Below, in pieces: positions 37,667 to 46,308 of a stretch of DNA of 54,493 bases. Source of the DNA: a virus (lineage: Duplodnaviria; Caudoviricetes); the IMG/VR virus record IMGVR_UViG_3300025528_000010, positions 1-54,493 of that record, one strand, 5' to 3'. Numbering within the stretch: the stretch's first letter is position 1; every line of letters starts with the position of its first letter. The notes beneath the pieces are model-generated. The model made no database searches. It had not been told where the DNA came from and saw nothing but the letters and a program-made list of their open reading frames with translations. The translations under genes and the position numbers were made by a program.

Positions 37667-37868
37667 GACGCGCTCGCTTGACCTTGTCTGCCCACCGACG
37701 CACCTCCGAGTAGGGCCATAACGACGATGACCCTACCTTACAGGGCGGGGGGAACTCGTTCTTTTCAACCATGCGGTACAGCGTCGAGCGGCCGACCGGC
37801 ACGAGCTGCAGGACCTGCTCCAAGCGCAGAAACCCCAACTCCTCTCTGTGCGTCTCATTCAATACCAT
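37647..37868 (-). CDS. AlpA-family excisionase / recombination directionality factor
   Basis: FLRLEQVLQLVPVGRSTLYRMV..FPPP.K.G..SLW..SEV. Confidence 0.88.
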   Translation of the reverse strand: MVLNETHREELGFLRLEQVLQLVPVGRSTLYRMVEKNEFPPPCKVGSSSLWPYSEVRRWADKVKRARHVDDIV

Positions 37869-37891
37869 GGGCTCCCAGTGAGTCCGGTTAC

Positions 37892-37929
37892 GTCTCACTG
37901 CGGAGTGTCATAGCACGTTTAGCGTGACA
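37892..37929. promoter_or_regulatory. paired 19-bp operator-like site
   Basis: ..AGTGTCA|TAGCACG-TTTAG-CGTGACA between int and xis. Confidence 0.6.
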
Positions 37930-37930
37930 A

Positions 37931-39118
37931 TCAACCTCCCCGCCTGAGACGCTCGATCAGTTCGCCCCAATCTCGCATCATGGCGACGCGCTCGTCCCAG
38001 TATTGCGCGCGGTTGTAGGCTCTCTTGGTCTCGTCCTCTTCGAGGTGATTGAGTTGCGTCTCGATCACCGCAACACGGTATCCACGCTCGTTGAGGATGG
38101 TCGAAGCGGACGAACGGAACCCGTGAGCGGTGTGCTTGCCCTTGTACCCGAGCTTCCACAAGGCATGGTTCAGGGTGTTCTCTGATATGCGCCCCCTGAG
38201 ACCGACAGGAGACGGGAATACGGGTCCGCTACGACGGCCCGTGATCTGCGCCATTTCACGCAAGATCGCGAGCGACTGGAAAACGATAGGTACGTCATGA
38301 GGACGCCGCATCTTCGTGTGTTCAGCCGGTATGCGCCAAACGCCCTCCTCTAGGTCGACGTGCTCCCAATCCATGAGACGCAGCTCGACGGGGCGCGGAA
38401 ACGTCAGGGCATGAAACAAGAGTGCATTGCGAATGACGCGGCTGCGCAGGCTGTCTATGGCCTGCAGCAACTTACCGAACGACTCCTCGTGGATAATCGC
38501 CGGATGACTCGTAACTGTCGGAGACCGCAGCGCTCGATGGAGTAGCGGGGTGGGATCACCGGATGCTCTATCGGTTAGAGTGGCTAGCTTGAAAACGGCT
38601 CCAATTACCTGTCTGGCACGCCGAGCCGTCTCGAGGCGTCCGCTCGCCTCGATGTCCTTCAACACCGCAAGGATGTCGGAAGCACGCAGCTCATCTATGG
38701 GTCGCGATCCAATTTTTGGAATTATCAGCTCCTCCAATATCCATCGGTTCTTTCTGATGGTAACAGGAGCGAGCCCCTTCGGCGCCAATCCATCCAGGTA
38801 CTCCCTTGCTATGACCCCGAAGGTGTTCCGTGCCGCCAATATTGCAGCCCTTCGAGCCGCTCTCTTCTCTTCCGACGGGTCCTTGCCGGCCGCGAGCAAT
38901 TTTCGCGCCTTCGCCGTCTCCTCACGGGCCTCGGCCAGACTTATTTCGGGGTACTTCCCTATCGCGAGGGTTCGCCATTTCCCATTGTGGCGATAATTCA
39001 GGCGCCAAAGTTTGGAGCCGGATGCGCTGACGAGCAGGTACAACCCGTCGATATCATACAGCTTGTAGGGGGCGCCCTTTGGCCGCGCCCTGAGAATTTG
39101 ACGGTCGCTGAGAGCCAT
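37931..39118 (-). CDS. int: P4-type tyrosine integrase
   Basis: Arm-binding domain (DGLYLLV..GSKLWR..IGKYPEISLAEAR); catalytic R (PRPVE), K (TKM), HGFR, H (QLNH), Y (AYNR). Confidence 0.95.
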   Translation of the reverse strand: MALSDRQILRARPKGAPYKLYDIDGLYLLVSASGSKLWRLNYRHNGKWRTLAIGKYPEISLAEAREETAKARKLLAAGKDPSEEKRAARRAAILAARNTFGVIAREYLDGLAPKGLAPVTIRKNRWILEELIIPKIGSRPIDELRASDILAVLKDIEASGRLETARRARQVIGAVFKLATLTDRASGDPTPLLHRALRSPTVTSHPAIIHEESFGKLLQAIDSLRSRVIRNALLFHALTFPRPVELRLMDWEHVDLEEGVWRIPAEHTKMRRPHDVPIVFQSLAILREMAQITGRRSGPVFPSPVGLRGRISENTLNHALWKLGYKGKHTAHGFRSSASTILNERGYRVAVIETQLNHLEEDETKRAYNRAQYWDERVAMMRDWGELIERLRRGG

Positions 39119-39151
39119 TCCTCATACCTCACAGACAGCGTTGCCGCCGCC

Positions 39152-39406
39152 CGATACCCTCAAAAATACCCTAAATTGACATGGGCTTCAGAGGGACACG
39201 CTGGGACGCGCTGGGACGGCGTATTTGCGTTTTGCGAGGATTTTCAGGAGCTTAAACCGCCAACGTGAGACGGCCTGGGATAAGCTGAAACAGCTTGGGA
39301 AGGGGATATGGTGCCCAGGAGAGGCTCCCGAAAATCCACACTATCATATTGAAATCATTGGGTTATTAAATACATGAAAAAATTCGATACCCTCAAAAAT
39401 ACCCTA
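39152..39406. other. attP site; core 39309-39324 matches a tRNA-Leu 3' end
   Basis: 22-bp direct repeat CGATACCCTCAAAAATACCCTA at 39152-39173 and 39385-39406; core reads CCTCTCCTGGGCACCA on the - strand; IHF-like AATCATTGGGTTA. Confidence 0.8.
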
Positions 39407-40153
39407 CATACCAGCGGCGTACATCGACAGGTCACGTTTCACGTCGGTAATCTGCTGCAAGGCATATCCTCCGACTGTCCAGTTACGCCCCTTGTGGATC
39501 GCTGCGACCTCAATGAAAGCCCCACGTCGGGTTCCGAGCCGCTCGATGAGCGGGCCAGGAATCAGGTACATGTCGATATAGCCGACTCCTCGCACAATGA
39601 CCCCTATGACGATGCACCTCGCATACCCGTTCGGGACCTCGAAACGGACCTGATCATCCGCATCCTCCTTCGCCAGACAAACAGCTATGTTCCGTTGCCT
39701 CCCGTCGATAATGGCGTAGATGTCGACATCCTTATTCGGGTCATCGGGATCAGGGAGAGCGCAATGGCCGCCCGATAGCTGGATAAGACCCGCGACAACA
39801 TTCGTAGCCCCACTCTCAGCAAGCTTCCGAGCCGGCCTCTGTTTCACGTCAATGTCAGGATGAATTCCGAACGCCAGCCAACCCTCATCTACGCCGAGCA
39901 GCTCCGCCAAAGCCGTCAGTTTGTTATGCCTGGGTATTGTGACGCCGCTATACCACTTGCGGATCGTCTCTCGCGATACGGATATACCGAACCTAAGCTC
40001 GAGCTGGTTACGGATCCAAGTCAGGCGTCCTTGATTGAACTGAGGTACCAGAGGGTGCCCTTCGCAAACGTCGTGGAATCGACGCGCAAAATCCTTATGG
40101 GGCAGCTCGTATCTCTTATTCCCCTTTCCAGGTCGCTCTTCCGTCATCATCAT
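39404..40153 (-). CDS. XRE-type HTH repressor-like protein with non-peptidase C-terminal domain
   Basis: SRETIRKWYSGVTIPRHNKLTALAELLGVDEGWLAFG; GGAGA RBS; adjacent to attP. Confidence 0.8.
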   Translation of the reverse strand: MMMTEERPGKGNKRYELPHKDFARRFHDVCEGHPLVPQFNQGRLTWIRNQLELRFGISVSRETIRKWYSGVTIPRHNKLTALAELLGVDEGWLAFGIHPDIDVKQRPARKLAESGATNVVAGLIQLSGGHCALPDPDDPNKDVDIYAIIDGRQRNIAVCLAKEDADDQVRFEVPNGYARCIVIGVIVRGVGYIDMYLIPGPLIERLGTRRGAFIEVAAIHKGRNWTVGGYALQQITDVKRDLSMYAAGM

Positions 40154-40160
40154 CAACTCT

Positions 40161-40190
40161 CCATATGTCACTCACCAATTGACATATGGA
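40161..40190. promoter_or_regulatory. 19-bp operator-like palindrome at the repressor leader
   Basis: Core TGTCACT-CACCA-ATTGACA (40166-40184) inside a longer CCATATGTCA..TGACATATGG inverted repeat. Confidence 0.6.
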
Positions 40191-40224
40191 GAGTTGATCT
40201 ATTTGTCAACACAAAAGTGCGAAT

Positions 40225-41775
40225 TTACCTTTTCATCGTCAGACGCAGGCGAACTGAATCAACGATTCTGCTCTGTGTCGCATCACGGGACGCAAGTAGA
40301 GGTAGAATGTCTTCGTCGTAAGTTCCTTTCGCTATAATGTGATGGTTGAAAACCGCCTTCGTCTGCCCCGATCTATGCAGCCGCTTATTAAACTGTTGAT
40401 AGATTTCCAAATCAGGCGTGAGCCCATACCAAACCGAGATATTCCCGCCGAATTGCAGGTTTTGGCCGTGCCCCACGGATGCCGGGTGGGCGAGGAGTAA
40501 GTCAATTTCACCCCTGTTCCATCGGGCCTTCGTCTCCCTCACATCCCCTTCTCCAAACACCACTGCCCGCTTGAACACCCTTCTGATGCGCTCCAGGTCG
40601 AACCTGAAAGTGTATGCCACAAGGACGGGTGCCCCATTCGCCTCGTCAATAATGTTCTCGAGGGCCTCCAATTTCTCATCGTGGATCCATACGTGCCTAC
40701 CGTCCTCGCGGTACATGCTACCGTTGGCAAACTGTAGCAGCTTATTTGCCAGGACCCCCCTGTTAACCGCCTCAACGTTGTAGACCTCCGAAACGAGTGA
40801 CTCCTCAAAGCGGCGGTACTCATCCATAACCCGACGCGGTAAAGTAACTTTCACCGGGATGTCGAACTTCGGAGGGAGATCAACACAGTCCGTCTCGTCC
40901 ATAGCGAACATAATATCGCTAAGACGTTCCATGATCTCCCGTTCAGCATGCGGCTTTGGCTCCAGGTTCCACCCCATGTAATCCTTATCGAACCAACGTT
41001 GCTGGAACCAGTACTTACTGTCACCAAGGCGTTTTCCGCCATCCGCCACCTTCGCTAGGCCCCACAAATTGATGAGACCCTTTGGGGCCGGCGTTCCCGT
41101 AAGCAATACAACTCGTTTCGCATACCTTCTTGCCTTCACGGCAACACCGAAGCGGCTAAGCTGCTTCTTCGCCGTGCGCATTACGGCGTTCTTAAACATG
41201 CTAGCCTCATCAATCACCAGCATGTCGTAAGGCCAGCTCTTCCCTTGACCAAAAAACTCCCACAGCCAAGGGAGAGCCTCCTTATTGATGATGTGAACCT
41301 CCGTGTCCTCGGTCGCGAGGCGCTCGCGTTTCCACCGCTTGACATTGGTGGCGACGCGACCAGCAAAGCGTCTCGCCTCCCTCTGATCGAGCCCTATCAC
41401 ATCGCGCGCAAAGCGATAGGCAGCCTTCCTCGCCGCCTGGACCTCCTGATCGTCATCCTCTACGCGCACAAGGGTCCATGTCAGGAGACGGGTGTGCTCC
41501 CATTCTTCGATCTCATCTGGCCAAGTGGCAGTGGCAACGAGGCGAGGGGCAACCACAAGGACTTTGCTAACTCTACCCTCATCAAGGAGATCTAAGATCG
41601 CAGTTAGCGTCGTCCCGGTCTTCCCGGATCCCATCGGCAACGCAAGAATGATGCCTGGGATCCGCTTGATCTTATTCAAAAGACGGACCTGGTATGGGCG
41701 GAGATCCTCCCTTCGCCTCAAAGGACGTTCTTGGTTCACACCTGCATCTCGATAGTTCTGCAACACCGAAGTCAT
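40225..41775 (-). CDS. SNF2-family (SF2) helicase
   Basis: MGSGKT, VIDEAS, LTGTP, GHGQNLQ, RLHRSGQ. Confidence 0.92.
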   Translation of the reverse strand: MTSVLQNYRDAGVNQERPLRRREDLRPYQVRLLNKIKRIPGIILALPMGSGKTGTTLTAILDLLDEGRVSKVLVVAPRLVATATWPDEIEEWEHTRLLTWTLVRVEDDDQEVQAARKAAYRFARDVIGLDQREARRFAGRVATNVKRWKRERLATEDTEVHIINKEALPWLWEFFGQGKSWPYDMLVIDEASMFKNAVMRTAKKQLSRFGVAVKARRYAKRVVLLTGTPAPKGLINLWGLAKVADGGKRLGDSKYWFQQRWFDKDYMGWNLEPKPHAEREIMERLSDIMFAMDETDCVDLPPKFDIPVKVTLPRRVMDEYRRFEESLVSEVYNVEAVNRGVLANKLLQFANGSMYREDGRHVWIHDEKLEALENIIDEANGAPVLVAYTFRFDLERIRRVFKRAVVFGEGDVRETKARWNRGEIDLLLAHPASVGHGQNLQFGGNISVWYGLTPDLEIYQQFNKRLHRSGQTKAVFNHHIIAKGTYDEDILPLLASRDATQSRIVDSVRLRLTMKR

Positions 41776-42080
41776 ATAATGTCGTCGTGATTACCAGATC
41801 GCGGTCGCAAGAAAGCATCCGCAAAGATCGCCTTGCCGACCTCGATGTCGTCCACAACGTGGACCTCACAACCCTCTCGACGGAGACGGGCGATCTCTTG
41901 CTCCTGGTTTTTGGTAGGCTTGCGCCCAGGAGCCTTGAACTCAACAAAAACGATACGACCGCCCTTAACAAAAACGCGGTCTGGCGCACCGTGCCGCCCA
42001 ATCCACTGCAGTTTTCGCACCAGCCAGCCACGGCGCTTTGCGTAATCGCAGACCTTCCGTTCGACGTAACTCTCAAGCAT
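41772..42080 (-). CDS. VRR-NUC domain nuclease (putative resolvase)
   Basis: GAPDRVF..FVEFKAPG..PT..Q. Confidence 0.9.
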   Translation of the reverse strand: MLESYVERKVCDYAKRRGWLVRKLQWIGRHGAPDRVFVKGGRIVFVEFKAPGRKPTKNQEQEIARLRREGCEVHVVDDIEVGKAIFADAFLRPRSGNHDDII

Positions 42081-42106
42081 TGCCAGCACAACTTCAACGT
42101 GACTTT

Positions 42107-44104
42107 CTAGACAACGTCACTGTAATAGCCGATCTCACGCAGGATCGCCTTCGCCTCGCGCACGTACCACCGAAAATCAACGTCGTCTGGAAACTCGTCA
42201 GGAAGCTCCATCAACGGCCTGGCCCCCTCAGAGCGTGGCACTCGGTTCCCGTTACTCTGGTAGTGGATCGAGCCCTCCACCTCGGTCGAATAGTACCAGC
42301 GAATGGCCTTCCCGAGATACTCGGCGTCAGTGGTGTCGAACGTGACCCCAGGCTTGAGAAGTTGTCCGCGCTTACCGGTACGCTGATATTCGACCTCTCT
42401 CACCCCCCAGATGGCACCCCCACTCACCGTCCGAACCGTAAGGAACTTTCGGATGTCCCGACAATCGCGAACCGTCTTGTCTATTGGTATACCCTTCGTG
42501 ATGTAATCGATAACCGCATCCACGCAGATTTCATTCTCCGGGTTCTTCATCAGACCCGACCGAGCGTAGTAACCCTTGAGCTTCACCTCACCGTTCGCCT
42601 TGATTGCGATGTAGTTATTGACGTTGGCCGAGTACAGAGACTTATACTCAGTCGCCTCGGTTCCGAATCCCGTCTCCTGCTCCCAATACCCGACGATCTC
42701 GTTCATCAGCTCGATCTTCTTTATCGGACAACGGATGACGATGCCGTCGGTGTTCGCGCTCACTACGGAGATCCCCTCCCACTCCAACCGTTCAATCAAC
42801 ATTAGAAGAGACAGTTGCCCGGTGATCGTCGTCTGGATTAGCAGGTCCGGGGAGAATAGACACGAGTAAACCGAGCCAAACTTGCCGAAGGATCCGTTGA
42901 TGGTAATCTTAAGAGAGCCTTGAATAGTGTCCCATTTCTTCTGCTCGGAACGGAGAGCGGCAAGGCGCTCCTCGATATCAGGCGACCTCCCCTCGCGCTC
43001 AAGGACGGCAGTCAGTTCCCCGATCTGCTTTTTCAATGCGGTAGCCCTCGCCTTTGCAGCGATGCGCCTATCGACAATACCCTTATACACCCTCTGGAAT
43101 GCCCACCCCATTTGCTTCGGAGCCAGCCCAAGGCGCATTATGATATATGGGTAGTAAGAGGTGACATCGCGGTCCACCAGGATGTGCTCGTCGTCAGCAT
43201 GCACCGCGACGCAATCCTCGGAGCTGTGGAGTCCTCCAATCCCCATCCTGTAGATGCCGTCGCCAATGTGGATGTGTGCCTCGCTCAACGCACTTGGCAG
43301 CAGCACCTTACCGCTCTTAGACAGTCTGAACTTGTGCTCCTCAATCACACGGAGCACCTCCTTGAGCTGAGGGAGGCGGAACCGGATGAACTCTGGGGTT
43401 CGATAACGAAACGTCATCAACGGAGAGAACTCCGGCTTCTTAACATCTCGCCCTAGCAACTTGGAGACCTGGGTCTTGATGACGGTCTCGGCGATCTGAG
43501 CATCAGACTTCGAGCGCAAATCGATCCCGTACTCGACACTCATACTCGTGCGTAAGGTCAATTCCTCACGGAGGCGGTCATAAAGAAGTCCTGTCGCATC
43601 GAGATCGTTGACACAATACCTGTATACCTCCTCGATTTCCTCATCCGTCAGAACGCTATTCGGGCTATATGGAAGGTCCTGCATCCGGCGCCCGTGGAGT
43701 CGACCATTATAAATCTTGAGGCCAACCTTACCAGGGGCAACTTCAATTAGATCGATATGGTCCAGGTCATCTGGAACATCTATCCCGAAGTCCTTCGCGA
43801 CCTCCCAAGACCTCATCTTTTCAACAATGATTTTATCCGCGATGCCCTTTATCTCTCTTGTCGATAGACCGGAAACCGCCGCGTAGATGATGAGCAGGTC
43901 GAAGGAACGACTATTAAAACCAACCGTCCGTCGCTTTTCCACGAACTTGCGAAGAAGCCTCCGGTCCTCCATAGACAAACGGCTCTTCGTCTCGATGGAC
44001 CAGACACGCCCATCACGCTTCCGCTTGGCCGCGAAGAGGAAGTAATTTCCATAGACCTCGGTGTCGATCAGTTCTACGTCACGCTCGGCCGCAAACTTGA
44101 ACAT
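42107..44104 (-). CDS. family-B DNA polymerase with 3'-5' exonuclease
   Basis: Exonuclease DTEVY, FNSRSFD, YCVND; polymerase DVTSYYP, KITINGSFGK, NTDG, NNY, KG. Confidence 0.9.
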   Translation of the reverse strand: MFKFAAERDVELIDTEVYGNYFLFAAKRKRDGRVWSIETKSRLSMEDRRLLRKFVEKRRTVGFNSRSFDLLIIYAAVSGLSTREIKGIADKIIVEKMRSWEVAKDFGIDVPDDLDHIDLIEVAPGKVGLKIYNGRLHGRRMQDLPYSPNSVLTDEEIEEVYRYCVNDLDATGLLYDRLREELTLRTSMSVEYGIDLRSKSDAQIAETVIKTQVSKLLGRDVKKPEFSPLMTFRYRTPEFIRFRLPQLKEVLRVIEEHKFRLSKSGKVLLPSALSEAHIHIGDGIYRMGIGGLHSSEDCVAVHADDEHILVDRDVTSYYPYIIMRLGLAPKQMGWAFQRVYKGIVDRRIAAKARATALKKQIGELTAVLEREGRSPDIEERLAALRSEQKKWDTIQGSLKITINGSFGKFGSVYSCLFSPDLLIQTTITGQLSLLMLIERLEWEGISVVSANTDGIVIRCPIKKIELMNEIVGYWEQETGFGTEATEYKSLYSANVNNYIAIKANGEVKLKGYYARSGLMKNPENEICVDAVIDYITKGIPIDKTVRDCRDIRKFLTVRTVSGGAIWGVREVEYQRTGKRGQLLKPGVTFDTTDAEYLGKAIRWYYSTEVEGSIHYQSNGNRVPRSEGARPLMELPDEFPDDVDFRWYVREAKAILREIGYYSDVV

Positions 44105-44178
44105 CTCGCCCTCGGAAAAAGACAGCCCACCCTGGGAAGTCCCGAGGTGGGCCGACGCATCACGCAAGACAGAGTTGA

Positions 44179-44976
44179 TCAAACATCATCGTCATAGTCG
44201 CGGGAGCGACGAGCCCGACTGTTGCGAGGGGGGCGGTCCTCGTCGTCATCGTCCTCATCACGTCGGCGGCGCGGACTGCCATCGTCGTCATCGCTGGAGC
44301 GCTGCCGACGTGAACCACGCCCCTCATCCTCGTCATCATCGCGACGGCGGCGATGATCGCGCTCATCATCGTCTCCAGAACGTCGGCGGAAACTGCGGTC
44401 ATCCTCGTCGACGTCGTCAAGGTCCTCGAACTCGTCGGGGTCAACCGGAGCATGGCCGAAGGGCTCGCCGTCACGACGAAAGCGCACGGCTTCCAACGAG
44501 CAGTTGATGCGCGGGATTCCCTCGTAGGTCTGAGCCCAGAAGCGGACGATGGCGTCGACGTAGCAGCCCCCGTAAGGACGACCATCCTCCTCGACGAGTT
44601 CCGTCTTGTCCCTATCCAGGACAAGTGGGCGCTTCTTGTTGCGGGAGCGAACGACGAACATTCCCTCCCACTCAGGCTTACGCTCGTCCTCGTCGACATC
44701 GTCGCCGTAGAAGCAGGCCATGTTCGCCTTCTTGATCTTCGGCCACTTCTTCCGGTCCTCGCCGAACTCCTTGAACATCGCCTCCTCGATGGCGTCCTCG
44801 CAGAGAGCAATGTTCGCCTTGCCCTCCTTGCTCGAGGTGTCGATGTAGAACTGTGCGCTGTACGCCTTGTCGCCACCGTCACCCCTGCCGAAACCACGGG
44901 GCTTGAAAACGTTCGGATACCCAATGCGGACATCCTTCAAAAGCACGCGAGAAGGGTCTTTCTGCTTAGGCGCCAT
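44179..44976 (-). CDS. DUF2815 ssDNA-binding protein (T7 gp2.5-like) with long D/R-rich tail
   Basis: VRIGYPNVF..PYGGCYVDAIV..SLEAVRFRRDGEPFG. Confidence 0.88.
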   Translation of the reverse strand: MAPKQKDPSRVLLKDVRIGYPNVFKPRGFGRGDGGDKAYSAQFYIDTSSKEGKANIALCEDAIEEAMFKEFGEDRKKWPKIKKANMACFYGDDVDEDERKPEWEGMFVVRSRNKKRPLVLDRDKTELVEEDGRPYGGCYVDAIVRFWAQTYEGIPRINCSLEAVRFRRDGEPFGHAPVDPDEFEDLDDVDEDDRSFRRRSGDDDERDHRRRRDDDEDEGRGSRRQRSSDDDDGSPRRRRDEDDDDEDRPPRNSRARRSRDYDDDV

Positions 44977-45004
44977 AGTTGCTGCTCCACCTTACACGTG
45001 ACAG

Positions 45005-46174
45005 TCAGTCGTCGAAAAGATCGATGAGACTCGGGATTGCCGGGCGAGCGTCTCTCTCATCGACGAGAATGGGTTTCGGCTCACCCTTGTCGACCAAATC
45101 GACGATCTCCTCATAGACCCTCGGCCCCAGCTCCTCCTCAACCTGGGTCGGTGTCTTGAGCCGGAGGTTGTAAGCTCTATCCTGAACCAACTCGCGAAGC
45201 CTCTCCTCAGCGATCTTTCGATCCTTCCATTTTCTCGGCGGGTGGCGCCCCAGCACCAGCTTTCGCCCAGGCACAGGGCGGCCAGCCAAGGCGTCGTCGA
45301 TGGCCTCAGCATGCAATTGCTCGAGCCACTTGCTGATCATCGCACGGTGCTCGAGGATGTAGCTTCTGCGCTCCGGCGTCATCCCGTATCGAGGGAAGTT
45401 CATCGGAACACCATCCTCAATATCCGCGTCCAAATCGTCAAAATCATGGACGACGAGATTGAGCATGTACTGGTGGTATGCCGAACATTTACCAGTTTTT
45501 GCGCCTGGACAATACTCACACTGGATTGGACCTGGAACAGCCGTCGGGTTTGGATCTTCTGTCTTCTTGGCGGCGAATTTCATCTCGACGCCAAACTCGA
45601 GGAGTTCGTCAAGTGTAGTATCCCAGAAACCACCCCCGCCACTGACTCGCGGCTGCCAGATAATCAACCGAAAGTCCGTCACATCCGTCTCATGGCGCGC
45701 GATGCTTTCCCAGAATCCCAGAGCGTATAGACGAAGTTGATAGTTTTCGACCGGGCTAACGGGCACCATCCCGAACTTGTTATCCCAAATCGTAATGCGC
45801 CGTTTTCCGATAATTCCAACGTCGAGTGTGCCAAATTGACCTGGCATCCACCGATCAAGTCTCACCCGCTTCTCGACGTATAATTTTCCAGGGATGGCAT
45901 CGATCATGTCGATGCCTTCTGCGAGCATGTCAGCATGCTCCTCAGTGATCTCAAGCTCGAAATCACCGTGTCGGAACACCTGACCAACAAATCGGTACGG
46001 CTCCACCTCCCTGACGAGGCACCTCTCCATGACCTCGTGAAGGATCGTCCCCTCGGCACTGTATTCGTTATCGTCGTCCTCGCCGTACTCTTCGACCATC
46101 GTGGGCGACAAAGGGCAACGCGCCCACATGGCTGCGGACGATGGAGCCAAACGAGCGTGTGGTCTGTCTGCCAT
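45005..46174 (-). CDS. DUF2800 Cas4-like PD-(D/E)XK exonuclease
   Basis: HARLAPSSA..W..CP, EGTILH, FGTLD, WDNKFG, QLRLYALG, CEYCP..C. Confidence 0.88.
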   Translation of the reverse strand: MADRPHARLAPSSAAMWARCPLSPTMVEEYGEDDDNEYSAEGTILHEVMERCLVREVEPYRFVGQVFRHGDFELEITEEHADMLAEGIDMIDAIPGKLYVEKRVRLDRWMPGQFGTLDVGIIGKRRITIWDNKFGMVPVSPVENYQLRLYALGFWESIARHETDVTDFRLIIWQPRVSGGGGFWDTTLDELLEFGVEMKFAAKKTEDPNPTAVPGPIQCEYCPGAKTGKCSAYHQYMLNLVVHDFDDLDADIEDGVPMNFPRYGMTPERRSYILEHRAMISKWLEQLHAEAIDDALAGRPVPGRKLVLGRHPPRKWKDRKIAEERLRELVQDRAYNLRLKTPTQVEEELGPRVYEEIVDLVDKGEPKPILVDERDARPAIPSLIDLFDD

Positions 46175-46179
46175 CGGAA

Positions 46180-46296
46180 CCTCGAAGGTCTTCGGGAGAA
46201 GGGTGCGGGCCGATCCGAGGTCGGCATCTCACCGGGAGGACGTGAGGCCGACTCCGCACCCTTCACCGGAAGACCCCCGACCTGTGTCGGGGGTCC
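46180..46296 (-). other. structured intergenic RNA leader
   Basis: 22-bp stem (46187-46208 with 46254-46275), inner stems, and an overlapping hairpin at 46272-46295. Confidence 0.5.
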
Positions 46297-46308
46297 AAGC
46301 GACGGCTC

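Noticed and set aside
39309-39324. tRNA gene
   Set aside because: Only the last 16 nt match; the T-loop and the rest of the cloverleaf are absent, so it is treated as the att core
45005-46174. Cas4-like gene as evidence of a CRISPR-Cas system
   Set aside because: It is a DUF2800 exonuclease in the standard phage replication module; no cas1/cas2 and no repeat-spacer array were seen
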